From the NCBI RefSeq assembly GCF_009914755.1, contig NC_060936.1: DNA of 64,000 nucleotides; one strand, given 5' to 3'. Shown here piece after piece: positions 1-17,172 of this stretch. Position 1 is the first letter of the stretch. Each line of letters opens with the position of its first letter. The position numbers and the translations under genes were made by a program. This DNA is from the human T2T-CHM13v2.0 reference genome, Homo sapiens. The notes beneath the pieces are model-generated. The model was not told where the DNA came from. It saw only the letters and a list, made by a program, of their open reading frames with translations, and did not search any database.

Positions 1-1070
1 ATTCCATTCTTATCCTTTCCAAACTCTCTGCACACATTAATCCAGTGGGACATTCTTCGGAAATGACCAGCCCTGGGTAAGATCAAATAGAAGGTAAGGA
101 GCATCTACTTCCACTTTCTACTCTCAGACAAAACCTTTCTAAGCTGACTTTGGGTATCTTTTTCCTCTTTTCATGTTCTTTCTCCTCCAAAAATATTTCA
201 GTTGCTAAAGGGGGAAAGTGGTAACAGATTCATAAAATAGTAGTAGTACCATAATCTACCTCATTTATACCCAAGGTTAGAAAAAGCAATTTTCACAGTA
301 AATGTGTGAATACAAATGATCATTACAGAAAGTTAGTACTGTTATGCACTAAATATCCTTGAGATTTTGAGGGAGACTAAATATTTCATGTTATAACATG
401 TTTTTTCCATATAATACATCACATATCATCACTTAAATAATTTAATAGTAAGAATGTGAGATTGATCCAGCAATAGATAGATGGAACACTAGAGCAATCA
501 CATCTTTCGCTATGAAGGTCACTGAAATATGACTGATTATTCCTCAGGGCATCATGTCTTCTTAGTTAAACCTAAATTACCAAGTCCATATTTTAAAGTG
601 CATATTAATGCCACTCATTCCTGCAGCCTATATTTATCAAATGTCTACTTCGTGCCAAACATTGCTAAACCTAGAGACTTTACAAATTACCATCTAGTAA
701 ACATAGATTTTATAGATTAGTAAACAATCAAATAACCCTAAAAAAACAAACATACAATTAGGAATTATAATGAGCAGGATGGTTTTTTAATCAATCAGTC
801 ACTATCCAGTTCTACAGAAATAGCAATTAGCTATCATAGTTCTCCTCTAACTGGAATGTAAATGTTAAGAAATAACCAGTATAAATCACAAGATTGTACA
901 CAAATACATCAAACTAATAGAGGTTAACAAACCCATGCCTGTGAAAATTATGCTATTATCTTTTTTTTTCTTTAGGCAAAAATTTTTTTTAACTAAAATA
1001 ATTAATATCCCTTAGCTTGATCCCCCTGGATCAGTGGTACAGATGTATATGAGTTGTCTGGATAAGGTTA

Positions 1071-1427
<357 letters not shown>

Positions 1428-1814
1428 TTATGCAAACTTTCAAATACACAATTATCTGAAATAACACACTAGAACAATTGCAATGTTAGTGCATGCTGGC
1501 ACACAGAAATATCTAGTTGCCTAAAAGTTCATTTACTAATACAAAGTGTGCTAGATGAGTGACTATTTAGTACAAAGAAATGGACATAGCTTTTGGAAAT
1601 GGACTTATCCTGACTAAGCAACACATTATGTAAGTGATCTTCAGTAAATTACCTAAGCTATGTGAAAGTTATTTTCTTAGCTTTAAAACTGAGACAATAA
1701 CACTTACATCTTTATACTGCTGCATGAATTAATGAAGAATTGCATGTATGGTACTCAATATAAGCATTGTATAAATGATAGCAATAATCATAAGTGCTTT
1801 TGGTTTTTGAACTA

Positions 1815-1915
1815 CATAGAGGTAATGGTTGCAACATTACAAATTTACTAAATGTCATTGAATGGTATACGTTTAAATGGTGAATTTTATTATGAAAATT
1901 TCACCTCAATAAAAT
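1815..1915 (+). mobile_element. Old L1 (L1MB-like) extreme 3' end
   Basis: ggtaatggttgcaacatt...ttaaatggtgaatttta...cacctcaataaaa resembles L1MB 3' terminus. Confidence 0.55.
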
Positions 1916-4279
1916 TACACAATAGAAGAAATATTTTTGACACATCCACAGTCAAGTCTTAATATATGTTAAATCTATGAAAGATGAGACGGAGAGTTAT
2001 TTCAAAGCACAAAATTATGTATATGATAACATATCAAATAATACTCAGTAATTTAGAGGGGAATTTTATGAATATGTTACATTTCATTACATTTCTCTTT
2101 TCCTTTAGTTTTCTACATTCTAGATATCTAGATTATATTCTCAATAGAGATAATTTTTACGATTTTTTGCAATTCATGTCCAGTGCTAAGTAAGCATTCT
2201 GGTTCTCTTAGGAGATAGGATAGTAAAGAAGACCTTGATCTGTATTTCTAAAAGTTATCAAGTAAAAATTCCCTTACAACCTGAAGGATTAATGAAAATT
2301 CCTTTACAATCTTAAGGAGCCCAATGAATCCCATTTGAACAAGTTGGTGACAAACAAATAGTATAAAACGTATGTCAGGGCACAACTTATTTCTTGAGTA
2401 GCAGAATTTAAAAACATATAAAGAAGAAAAATACTTACAACTTTCCCCATGGACTATAGATAATAAGATTTGTCCATGCTACTAATAAAATACTGGTAAT
2501 TTTAAAGATTGTTAAAGTAAATATAGTAAGTGGCATGCTCAATCACACCCTGTAAGCAGGATGTTGAACAGGTTCCACAATGTACTATAGAATTAAAAAT
2601 ATCCCCATAATACTGAACAATTGATTCTGGACATTAAAGAATATGTATTAATTTAGTAGTAACACAACCAGTGGAAAACAATCCAAAGCGGTTATAAACC
2701 TATTCTCCTATTCCACGTTTAACTTTTTTTGTTTTAAAGAAAAGAAGTCTAACAATTTCCCCCAGGATCTCAATTTTTAATTTTTAAATATCCATTATTT
2801 TTTAAGAAAGCATTTCTTACTATGATTCAGAAAGATAGGGTTTTATATTTCATGAGAATAATGAAAGACTCTAAATAGTAGTGAAAACCTTCTTAAGTAC
2901 AACAGTATAGCTTTTATGCTTTTCTTACCAAATGGTACTCTCAAAATGTAAAATATCTACCAGATTAAAAAACAATACAGACAGCTGACTACTATGCAGT
3001 CATATAAAATACTGCTTCCAGTGGCTTAACTGATTTTCTTTGGATATACCAGAATGTATACCTAAGAAAAGGAGAAGAATATATTCACACTATAAGAGAG
3101 TTATAGATACAGCCTAAAGCAGATCATAGTAAACTTGGAATTTCGCTGAAGTTTGTTTTATCTTAAAAATTCATAGAAATTTTATACTTTATGATAAATA
3201 CATGCTTGTATTAATATTTTATATCTCTTCACTTTGAAAACCATTAAAGCTGTAGAAAGTTGCATGAGTTTATTGTGTGACTGTCACTACTGCTAGGCAT
3301 ATGTAATTTGAAAATCAATTACATTTTACTTTTAAGTTCTGTCCAATCCATTTTAGTCTTTATCACCTTCGGCACCACAAATTAATCTTTTAAAACCAGT
3401 TGTTGCTTCTTTGGCACTTGTTCTACACGTTGGCACATTGTTGCACTTTGAAAGTAAATCTAAATTTCAAACAAAATCAATGTTGTATTACCATTTATTC
3501 TACTTAGCCTTTTATTTTAAAGTATTATCATTTCTTCTCATTTAGTTATTTTAAAAATATTATATATTTAAGATAAAATAATTAACATGCTACAGAAATG
3601 GATGAAGTAAAAATTATGAGCTGGCCACACCTCAATACTTTTTCTAGGAGGTGACACTGATATATAGACTCACAGATTCAAATTATATTTTAAAGGTATT
3701 AGAGAAGCTTGCTTCTTAAAAGAACTTGATGGGGAATCCTTTTATAAATTGCATAATTAAGTCTTATTACTAAAAGCCAGCTGTCTTTTTTGAAATATAG
3801 CCTATCTATAATTTATATCTTAATATTACTATGATATATCTGAAAGAGAGGTTAACTTTGTCAGGGCAGTACAATTCAAACACATTTCTTTTGCATTTCT
3901 TTGAAAGAAGTTTCTGGGATTATTTCTATAAAAGTTCATATCTGGTTGGCTCAGATTCGTGGAATATTCTTTCAGCTTATTATTAGTTCACAAGAATAGA
4001 GAGGGCAAGAATATAAGATAAGAAACTGACTTAGGGATGTTTTATTTAAGTAGTTCAATTATGATTTGCAAAATGGATTAAAACTTCTTAACAATGAATA
4101 AAGGAATACATTAAAATATTTCAACACAAAGTAGCAGAGCAAATTTTATGTTACTAAGTGTCACCCCAAACTACTTTTGACTGGGCAATGAAGTGATCAC
4201 TGTATCCACATAGATAGGTAGCTTTGTTGCATTTTCTTTTGTGTGACTTTACCTCTGTAGCAGAGATAAAAAGGCTTAA

Positions 4280-4490
4280 AGATGTAAGGCATCAAAATAT
4301 AGTGATTTGGAGTCAGATTATTCCAGTTTGAATTTTAGCTCTACCACAAATGATCACTCTATGTATCTATTTTATCATCAGCAAAATGGAAATGACACTA
4401 CTGTCACCTCTTAGAGTTGTTGTGAAGATGAATAGATAATCCATATTATAGCACTGAACATGTTGTTAGAGATAGATCATGGGCTCCATA
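4280..4490 (+). mobile_element. MIR fragment
   Basis: ttggagtcagatt...aaaatggaaatgaca...agttgttgtgaagatgaatag core-like sequence; boundaries approximate. Confidence 0.55.
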
Positions 4491-5257
4491 AGAACAGTTT
4501 TTATTTTATTATTGATTGTAAGATTGAATAAATAAAGCATAATACATTATTTAATTTGAAAATTAGTTATAAGAATTCCAAAATAAAAAGTTATTTCCTA
4601 AAAAATGAAAATTCATTTTGGATAGTTATCTGGATTTTAGAAGGTTCTCAATATCAGAAAAAAACAGAAAAAAATTACAAATAGCCAAAAGATAGAAACT
4701 GATAGATCCCCCTTAAAATTGAAATGTGACAGCCTCAAAACAAGTAACTCATTAGGCACAGGAAACAAAAGACTAATAGGAAATAATGAATATATTTAAA
4801 TCGAGTGAAGAAATTTTCATAATAGTCTGAAAAGATACTTGAAATTTTCATTAGTATATTAGTTTATTTTTGAAATATTAAGCTGGTATAATATACCAAC
4901 AAATTAAATTTATTTCAAATTACTTAAAATTATTGATGAAGAATTCTAGATGAATAGAAATTTTTTTTAAATGATAAGAACAGGAATGTAAAGATGGTTT
5001 ACACCATATACAAGAGGAAACAGATTAATCAGGGGATGCTTAAAACTCCATTTTATTCAAACTGCATTCCACAAAAACCATTATTTTAAAAATATTTTTC
5101 TTTCTATTGTGATTAATAAGATTTAAACATAGTATTTTAGACATTCGACATAGTATTAAGTTCATATCTGCAAGAACCTAAAATTATTTCTCAGAATTTA
5201 AATTTGTTGTCAATTTACAACATAATGGCAATATATTTCTTTGTTTTAGTAGGTAGG

Positions 5258-5609
5258 ATGATGATGCTTATGTGTCAACTAGACTATAAATCCCACTTAT
5301 TTAATCAAAGATTATAGATATGGTTAACATCTACCATCAAATGACTTTAAGTAAAGGAGCTTCATCCAATTAGTTGAAGGCTTTAAGAGCAAAAACTGGT
5401 TTCCCAGAAAAAAAGGAATACTCACGTAAGGCTGCAGTATGAAATCCTACCTGAGTTTCCAATCTACCAACCTGTCCTACAAATTACATTCTTGCTATCC
5501 CTTACAATTACATGAGCCAATTCCTTAAAATATATCTCTATATTTTATCTATGTCCATGTCTATATGTCTCCTGTTGGTTCTGTTCTCTGGAGAACCCTG
5601 ACTGATACA
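5258..5609 (+). mobile_element. ERVL solo LTR (MLT2D-like)
   Basis: tatgtgtcaact start, ctggagaaccctgactgataca end, GTAGG 5-bp direct repeat on both flanks. Confidence 0.75.
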
Positions 5610-5683
5610 GTAGGTGTTAATCACAATCACATTTCCATAGGTCATTAAGATTGGCTAAGCATTATCATTTAAAAGAGTATTTA

Positions 5684-5981
<298 letters not shown>

Positions 5982-5984
5982 TTA

Positions 5985-6376
<392 letters not shown>

Positions 6377-9234
6377 TTATTTTTATATGTATATATGTGC
6401 ATGTATATGAATGTCACAATGAATAATTCCTCCCTTCAATGTGGAAAAGATCTACATGTAACCACAGAGTAGTATCAAATTAGTAATAGACACATGCATG
6501 GAATGATATCATAGACCAGAAGAAGCAGAGATTCTCTGTGACTGAAGTGCAGTACATTTGAGAGAATGTGGAAATGAGGTTGGATGGGTGAGTGCTGGTT
6601 GAATACTGGATGTTCTTGAATGCCAAGCTAAACCGTCTGCACTTAAATTTATGACAAGGCATCAACAGATGTTGAGTAGGATTTTACATCATTTGAAATG
6701 CTGTTCCCCAGAGAGCACTGGAAAAGGAGGACTGGAAAGGCAAGAAATCAGAAGCAGGGGCTGGAAAGCCTCAAAAAAAAGCATATAAAACCTTCAAATT
6801 TTATAAATTTGATGCTTTGAGTCTTGTCTATTTTACAATATTGTTACCTCATTAATATTACCTAAAAAGTCAAACAGATCAGAGATACATAGATATGAAT
6901 CCTAAAAATAAACGTGCTTAAAATTGTTATTCTTAAAAAGAGTAAGCATTCTTTAAAATGCTTCTAGAAAATGACAATAAATACTGAGCTTTTACCCACA
7001 TAGAAAATATACTTAAGGAAAATAATATCAAGCCAATGTAAAAAGTATGAATATATATTTGTTTTGACATTGCTAAAAATAATTTTTAATGATAATATAT
7101 TAACATATACAGAATTTGTGTTTTAGACATTTGTTGAATACTTACCTCCTACATAATAGGTATGATGCTAAGTACTGTTGATAAGCTTTTAAGAGTTATA
7201 TAAAGCAAGAATTTTACATAAATGGAGGTCACACACACTATAACTATGGCGCTTCTCTTAATAGAGAAAAAAATAGTACCTCGTCTGCTTAGTTGTTAAA
7301 CTTTTTGAATGATAATTTTGGGTCAGACAGAAATTGTCTGTCTCAATACAAGCTTAAAAATACAATTAAACATAAAATTCAAAGATGAAAGGATAAAAGC
7401 ATTTCTTTTGTGGTCTTATACTAAGAAATGTATACATGGAACTTCCTATATTGTATTGGAAGGAAAAGATGACTCTTAAATAGCCATCTCTTACTGTTTT
7501 TCTTAATTTTCTCATGTAAAAAATAATAAAGAATTATTAGATCATAGTTTATTTTCAAGGAGTCTGAAAGCTTTCACTAGCAGGTGCTCCTATATTCAAG
7601 AACTTACAAAATGATAGATAAAACAAAAAATCGCAATAGAACACTGTGGAGCCTTTGATTTTAAATGTATATAGAAATGCACCTAGATATTTTATATCTA
7701 TCACTTTAACTTTTACTATAAATATATACCAGAAAAAATTATGAAATTACTTGGTAAGCATTGATGAACACATTTCTAATAACCAGCATGAGTTCATACA
7801 AAAGAATTCTTGTCATTTTTCTCTTATCTTTTTATAAAAAAGTGATCTGCAGGGTAGTGTGGCCATCAATTATAATTTATCTTGCATTAGCATGGTATTA
7901 TATTCTGCTTTATTTGACTGCCATCAATATATAGTATATATGACATTACTTACATCGGCTAGTATAATAAGCTAGGATATGTTTTTCAGATTGCAAGTAA
8001 TGACCCATTAATGGATTGTGAGATCAATTTTGGGGGCCAAGATTGTATTTAAGAAAAGAGAAATAGAGAAGAACAGGTGCCATAGAAATAAAGATAAAAC
8101 AGGTAAGACTAAGTACCATTTCATGAGTAACTTTTTTGGGGGTTTGTGTATGTACAGGGTTAATATATATTAATAAAATTCATATTTTAGTAGAGATTGC
8201 AGATGATTTTGTCCGAAAAATTCAAGCCGAAGGGTCACACTCAGAGAAAAGTCATCAATGTATCACTGTCAACCTGAGTTGGAGTTCCACAGGGAAGTTG
8301 CACTGGGGTCAGCCCTGGGTGCAAGGGATATTTTAGCATTTTGTCCGTGTCCCAGATAATGAAAAGTAGAGCACACTGAAGTTGCCGGTAATATTCATTA
8401 GGGAAGATGGTAAAGTACTAGAACCTTCAGAGAACTGGGGTTTCACATTGCCTTTGTACTTGATAAACTGACCAAAATACATAATTTTTTTCAAGTTCTG
8501 GCTACATATTTGAAAGGATATGCAATTTCTAATTATCTCAAAATAATTCAGGGTGTCATAGGATTTACATAGGCCAAACTTTCTAGGGATTTAAAAAGTG
8601 TTGTCTAATTCATTTATGTACTAACGAAAAAATGATAAGTATGTATAGATTTATTTTTAACATTTTAACATTTTCTTCAGAACATGTACTTGGAGTAATA
8701 AGCAATTATATTCTGATCTCAGTACTATGTACCATATACAGGTAGAGCTCTGGGAATTTATAAATTAGCTACTATATTCATTTCAGAGAGATTAAAATAA
8801 TGTGCCCTATATGTCGTTGACAGCTTCAAGTAGTCATCTAATAGAATTCAGTCTCTTACTACTTCTATGCTACTTATTACTATTATGGAATGTGATATTA
8901 GATAAGAATGATTTACACAGTTGGCATCACCATTGATCTTGTTATTTTCCTCATGGATGCCTTTTCCTAAGAAAACGTTTTCCTTAGTTGAACAAAGATA
9001 GTTCCTAACATAACCCAGCAAATGTTTCTTCACTTGATATTTTAATGTACAGTTCTCAGCAAAGTATCATGATCGTTTGATAGAGACTCTTTCTAACATA
9101 CATTTTTTCCCCACTTTCTTGGAGGTAAACTAGAAGAAAACAACTTTCATGTGTGGAGTCATGCTAGCAACAATGTTATGAGTTCACCATGTTCCAGTAC
9201 ATCAGAATAAGCACCTTGTCTACTCTCTACTTAC

Positions 9235-9362
9235 CTTGCTACATGATTAATTACAGGAGCAAAGTTGGTGGGCCCATATAGTTGTACAGATTTCAGACTC
9301 CTGTAATAAGCCTCCATGACCCCCTCAATGCCATCACAGTAGGGGTTTTGAGGATTCCCATT
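9235..9362 (-). CDS. CPNE8: CPNE8 exon, 128 nt, vWA domain NGNPQNPYC...[14 protein letters not shown](R)
   Basis: ctacag|AAT GGG ... GCA AG|gtaagt; inside ORF 9231..9488; copine GPTNFAP motif. Confidence 0.97.
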
Positions 9363-10245
9363 CTGTAGAAATTTATAGGCAAAACAAAACAAAACAACAG
9401 TAAAAAAGTAAATCTCCATGAAGATCAATTGAAAGAGATGAGAATAATACACGTTGACACTCATATTTTTTGAGGAACTCTTATTCATAAATTTACAATA
9501 GCAAAAAAATAATACATTAAGTAAGTGATCAACAATCGATTATGATATATTATGTAGATAATAACATGATATAATGTACAATCATTAAAAATCTATACTC
9601 TTAAAAAATGGCAGAAGAAAATTTTAAATAAGAAGTTGAACACCACAACAGCCTAAAATTAATAGTATCTTAATTTACACAGGTTTGGGTACATGTGGAG
9701 ATAAACATATAGAAATCCTAAAAAGAAGAAAACCAACGTATTAATAGTGGCTACCTCTGGGTGGTTAGATAACTGATAACTTTACTTTCATCCTTTAACC
9801 TATTCTCTATTTTTCCAATTTTTCTGCAGTGAACATGTATTAAAATTAGAAGAAATAAATGCTATCAATTCAAACAATTTTACCTGACAGCAGAAAAAAT
9901 GTAAAATATCTGCCACATGAACATTTTCAGGCCACAATTGATAACTCCAAGTAGAGAAGGAGTCAGAGGGAATATAATTTGGTGTGGGGAATATCAAGAC
10001 AAGGCAAAAGGAAAGGAATAAAAAAAAAATCCAGGTCATTAAAGGGAAATGGAGCTTGTTGTTAAGAAGCTCTTATTCTGGGAACAGCGCCCAGAAAGGC
10101 AACTTTAACCCAAGCTCTTATTCTGGGGACAGGACCTGAGGCAACTTTAACCTGAACACCTAGGCTGGCTTTTTCACACCTTAAATGCCCTGTCATTATT
10201 AGGTTTAATTCTCCTAGTCCAAATTACACAAATAACACAAGACCA

Positions 10246-10775
10246 TGTATTAGTTATCTATTGCTATGTAACAAATTACCCCCAAAGTTATACCCTCTGT
10301 ATAGTGGCTTAAAGCAATGAACATTTATTATCTCACACATTTTTGAAGTCTCAGGAATCCAGAAGCAGCTCAGCACGGTGGTTCCTGAGCAGGATCTCTC
10401 ATGAGGTTGCATTGAAGATGCCGACCTGGGCTGCAGTCATCTGAAAGCTTGACAGTGGACAGAAGGATCTATTTCCAAAAAGGCTCACTTACATGGCTGT
10501 TGGCAGGAGGCCAAATGGACTCTCCACAGGGCTGCTTGAGTGTTCTCATAACATGGCAGCTAACTTTCCCCAGATTGAGTGATCCCAGAGAAAGGGCAAG
10601 GACAAAGCCCCAATGCCTTTTATGAGCCAGTCTCAGAAGTTACACATCATTACTCCTACTTTAATCCATTTTCTAGAAATGAGTTACTAAGTCTAGTTCA
10701 CACTTGAGAAAAAGAAGATAGCCTCCACTTCAGGAAGGGGAATATCTAAAATCATGTGTATATTTTTTTATGCAC
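10246..10775 (-). mobile_element. MaLR solo LTR (MLT1F/H-like)
   Basis: tgtattagttatctattgc...aacaaattaccc...atttattatctcac...ggctgcagtcatctgaa pattern. Confidence 0.7.
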
Positions 10776-10864
10776 TAGTGATACTAACTACATTTAAACA
10801 GAGTTAGGAATAATTTTAGCATACATGTTTTTACTTGAACAATCACAAGTAACCAGTAATCTAT

Positions 10865-11586
<722 letters not shown>

Positions 11587-12247
11587 TGAAAGTATAAAAA
11601 TAAAAGCCTGCTTTACATTATAAAACTGGTTGCATGACTTGGCTGAAAACAGAATGTAAAAGATAAGTTTAATATTTAGCACAAAGCAGTTAGTGTTTTG
11701 ATGTTAATCTGAGCCGACCTATTTAACATTCCTTTAAGGTTTTATGGTGCTCTTTTCCCTTGATAAGGTATGAAGCTAATTAAAATTAAAACTCATTACT
11801 GATTTTGGGCATATAAAAATGTATTATATATCTACCTTAAGGGAACAGTTACAAACTAGGGTAGTCCTGAGCTACTTTTATTTTTTAACATGTTGATTGG
11901 AGGTTTACGTTTTGATGAAACTGTATGTTATCACTATTTCTCTGGAATTGAAACTACAAGGTCACCATTTTTCTCTTCTTTGAGAATGGAAAGGTAATCA
12001 TTAGATGTTCTATTCATCAACATGGAATGTTTAATGATTTATGAATTAGTCCTACCATAATAAGTTGCTCTAAGGTTTCCTCATATGTCTTAGACGATAA
12101 GAATACCTTATATAAAATTATGCCTTCTTTTTAGTATATGCTCTGGATTATATCAGGATTATTTAAAATATTTTATAGCTACTAAAATGAGATTTTCTTC
12201 TTAATAAGAAAGTTGTAATGAGTTATAAAAAGATTTTTAAGTCTGTT

Positions 12248-12710
12248 ACTTGCACACACCTTTATAGTGGCACAATTTGCAATTGCAAAAATATGGAACC
12301 AGTCTAAATGCCCATCAACCAATAAGTGGATAAAGAAAATGTGGTGTGTGTGTGTGTGTGTGTGTGTATACTACAATTCTACTCAACCATAAAAAGGAAT
12401 GGAATAATGGCATTCACGGCAACCTAGATGGAGTTGGAGACCATTATTCTAAGTGAAGTAACTCAGGAATAGAAAACCAAATATTGTCTGTTCTCACTTA
12501 TAAGTGGGAGCTAAGCTATGAAGATGCAAAGGCATAAGAATGATATAATGGACTTGGAGACTGGCGGGGAAAGGTGGGAGGAAGGTGAAGGATAACTCAG
12601 TGACCACTGCTCAGGTGATGGGTGCATCAGAATCTCAGAAATCACCACTAAAGAACTTATCCATGTAATCAAAAAACACCTGTTCCCCCAAAACTAGTGA
12701 AATAAGTAAA
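12248..12710 (+). mobile_element. 5'-truncated L1PB-like 3' end with internal (TG)n
   Basis: atatggaacc...gttctcacttataagtgggagctaagc...aatcaccactaaagaacttatccatg. Confidence 0.85.
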
Positions 12711-14924
12711 AACATTTTAAATGTGTTTAAAAACTCATTTCTTGAAATAATTATGCAGGGAATCAGTTATTGCTTGTTAAAACAAATTAGAATAAGTCCA
12801 GTTGTGGTTCTGACACAAAAGTAAAACACAGGATTTTTTAAAAAATAAGCACATTTAATTTTGTTGTTTATTAATGAAGAGGGCAATGGATGCCTTATTT
12901 CATATTTCCCTCCTAATTAACAACCTTTCCATTTATAAAATAACACATGTTAACTTGTAGAACACATAGAAAAGCATAAAGATCTGACTTTAAAATGATT
13001 AATAATCTCACCACTCAGACTTAAGTGGGGAGGAGTGCCCAGCTCTTACCCATTTTTCCTCCCGTTTAGCTCCCTCAGGGATTGTGCTGAGGGTGTGGAT
13101 TCATCTCCATGCAAGAAGTCTGTCATCTCTGTTGCTGCCTGCAGCCTGTGACAGTTTTCAGCAGGGCTAACAAGCTGACAAAATACTGAAAAGAAGCTCT
13201 TAGGGGCTGTTGCTCTACTCTGAAATGTGACTGTTGCTTACTGTGGGAAAAAGCTGAGAGAATTCTTCCTTTTATTCAATGAACAAACACCTATTGAGCT
13301 TCTGTTTTATATACAGTACAGTGTTAAAGACTCTTAGTTATTAAATTACTGGTGCCTACTTGGCAAAAAAATACATACACATAAATATTAAATTGCATAC
13401 ATTTGTATAAATGCCAAAATAAGTGAAAAGCATGCAAGTGCATTTAGGTATTTCCCAGGAGAAATCACTTGGACAGGTGTAGCGTTTCTCTATTGGTCCG
13501 CATGGAAGACCTTCTTTTAAGGACCACTGGCCACAAGCTCATTAGAAATACCTCTACCAGAGCTCCGCACTATTGCGTTTTCAGTTATAAATCCAAAAGG
13601 AGTCATCAAGAATGATAATGAGAGGAGAGCAATGACTCATTCTTTTCATAACCATAAGTCTTGAAATGGTAATATTAGGAAATTCTTCCTTTCCTCTCCC
13701 ATTCCTTTTCCTTTTCTCATAGTGTGTCTCACATAAAAAGCTGGGATTTACTGAGACCTTTTCAAACGAGCAAAGCTTAAGTTCAACATCTGTACTGGCC
13801 AAAACTTATACACTGGGGGTAATTTAAGTTGTTAAGAAGACTCCCTTGCTATCCAAAAGAATTATGTGAATGTGGTGAGATAAATAGGTTAATGTTAGAG
13901 AACATATATCACAAATTCATACCATGGAAATACGAGGGTTTATTAACATCAGGTAGTTCATGAAAGACAAGACTGTCATGAAACTGAACTTTTTGTATTT
14001 GTCATTTTCAGTACCTACAGATAGATATTGCAGTGATTTAGGATGAGCTTAACACAGAATACTTCAGCAAGAATGAAATCAAATACTATCTCACTAAAGA
14101 CCTACTTAACCCATATCTGCCTTATTTATCCAACAAAACAGAAGTGCTTTGAAAAAAATTAAAGTAATATAATCATTCGGTAATATTAAAGTTGAGGCAT
14201 TATCATCAACATAATCATTGTTGTTTTCATCGTCAATTTGAGAGGCTATTCTTCATAGATTTAAAGGGGTATGATCTCTATTCCATAAATGTTCGAATTG
14301 GGCTCAAAGAACAGACTATGGTGTAAATAACCAAAAATATATATCATTCCTTAGCAGTAGATACTTGTATAGCTTTGGTTACAAGGGGTAAATGTGGAGG
14401 TAGGAAAAGCAGAAAAGGAGAAAAGTGGAGGGGAGGAAAAAGGAAAAAAATACACACTAGTGGAGGAAGAAATGTATGGAGAGAAAATTAATAAACCTCT
14501 CATTTAGCTTAACACAATTATTCCTTTTCTTAGGCTTTAAAATAGCTCATGACCTTTTTCCTGAGGCACTTCAGACTTAGAATCACATGAGTGATTTTCA
14601 TGGTTTTATAAGTTTCTGGGAGATTTTAATTTTCTAAGACACAACAAAATCCCAACAGATACTCATTTTTATGACACTGGGAGTGTGGCATGTGGGCTAT
14701 TTCATGGAAGAAAGAATTAAGCCCTCCAGCAACCTCTCTAGAAATTGTGTGGGTGATGGAATAGAAAAGTAAGAATAAATACAAAAATAAAAATGTAATA
14801 CTCCTCTTAAAACATTTGAGAAAGATGAAATTTTATATAAAAACTTATATAAAGGTACATATATCATGGTGTTAATATAAGCATGCATCCAAGAGGTGAG
14901 ATTACAGGTGCTTTTATAAGATGG

Positions 14925-15190
14925 GGTTTAGCTGTAGTTAAGAGCATGAATTCTAAAATAAGACTGACCTGGGTTCAAGTCCTGTCCTTTGGGACAATGG
15001 TTAACTTCTGAGCCTCTGAGTTGAGTTATACAACTCCTGGGTGCACTTTTCTCACCGTTGGTAATGAGATTGGCAGTTTCTAGAGCAGTGCAATGTGTCA
15101 GCATGAAATATTTACCACACAGGAATTTTATGAAGATTATATGAGATAATGAGTATAAAGTATGTGACTCGATACTCAGTAAATACTCAG
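14925..15190 (+). mobile_element. MIR (degenerate)
   Basis: gttaagagcatg...gacctgggttcaagtcc...aagattatatgagataatg. Confidence 0.55.
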
Positions 15191-15397
15191 CATTGAGTCA
15201 AATACTATTTCACTGAAAACCTACTTAACCTTTGTCTGTCTTATCCAAAAGAAAAACAAAAGTGCTTTGAAAATTTTAAAGTAATATAATCATTAGAGAT
15301 TACTGAAGTTGAAACATTATCATTAACATAATCATTCTTATTTTCATCATCAATGTGGGAGACTATTTTTCATAGATTTAAAGAGGTCTGATCTCTC

Positions 15398-15708
15398 TGT
15401 CTTATTCTGTTTGTGCTATAAGAGAATACCTGAGATTGGGTAATTTATACACAATAGAAAAGTACTTCTCACAGTTTTGGAGGCTGGAAAGTCCAAGATC
15501 AAGAAGTCAGTAGGTTCAGTTGCCTGGTAAGGGCTGTATCCTCACATCGCAGAAGGCAGGGCGAGCTGAGTAAGGCCTCTTTTATAAGGGCCTAATTTCA
15601 TTCATGAGGGTGGAGCCCTCGCAGACTAACTAGCTCTTAAAGGCCTCACTTAATACTATTACATTAGCAGCACCTGAACTCTGGAGAGGACAGACTGAAA
15701 CCACAGCA
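15398..15708 (-). mobile_element. MaLR solo LTR (MST-type)
   Basis: tgtctta...aatacctgagattgggtaatttata...ggaggctggaaagtccaagatcaag...aaaccacagca; absent from the duplicate copy at 14278. Confidence 0.8.
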
Positions 15709-15753
15709 ATATCTAACCTATATGTGTTTTAATTGGGCTCAAAGAACAAATTA

Positions 15754-16317
<564 letters not shown>

Positions 16318-16496
16318 TATATATTTGTATAGGTTTGGTTACAAGGAATGAACACAGAGGCAGGAAAGGCAGCAAAGGAGAGAATTACAGAGACAGAGAA
16401 AGGGAAACATTCAATGGTGAGAAGAAACATATGAAAGGAAAATTAATAAACCTCATTTAGTTTAACACAATTATTTCTTTTCTTAGGTTTTAAAAA

Positions 16497-17172
16497 TGAT
16501 GGTACATTACAGAGAGCCACACATTCTTTGATACTCTTCCCATTGAGAAGTGAAGGTTAATTCCTCTACCTTGAACCTGGGATGGTCTTAGTAACTTGCC
16601 TGACCAATAGGATGTTGCAGAAATAACATTTTGGGACTTCTAAGAATATGATATAAACATCCTTGGAGTTTCTGTCCTAGACTTTTAGATTACTCACCCT
16701 GGGAAAGCTGGCTGCTACATAAGAAATCTTGCTACAGTGAGACCACTATACAGTTCTGAAGCCCTCCATAACTACAGAGACAGGCCATACGTAAAACAAG
16801 GGAGAGTTGTCCAGGCAACCCCAGCTTTTCAGCTATCCAAGCTCAGGCCCAAGACATGAATGAACATGAGCAAAGAAGTTATGTTAGGAGACATATCAGC
16901 CCCAGAAGACATAACATGGAGAAGATCTAAGGAATTCAAAAGACAGCCAGAACTAAGTTGAAAAATATGGCCCCAGTCACCAATTCCAGGCATCTCTAGC
17001 CATTCAAGTCACCTAAGCTGAGACTCCAGGTACTGCAAAGCAAAAATGCGCTGTCTCCCATTATATTCTGCTTGAATTCCTGAGGCACAAATCATAAGCA
17101 TAATAGAATGATATTGTTTGATATCTCTAAGTTTTAGGAAGGTTTGTTAGCAAGCAATAGATAACCAAAATA
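16497..17172 (+). mobile_element. MaLR solo LTR (MLT1G/H-like)
   Basis: ttctttgatactcttcccattgagaagtg...ccttgaacctggg...ctaagttttagg...gcaatagataacc. Confidence 0.65.
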
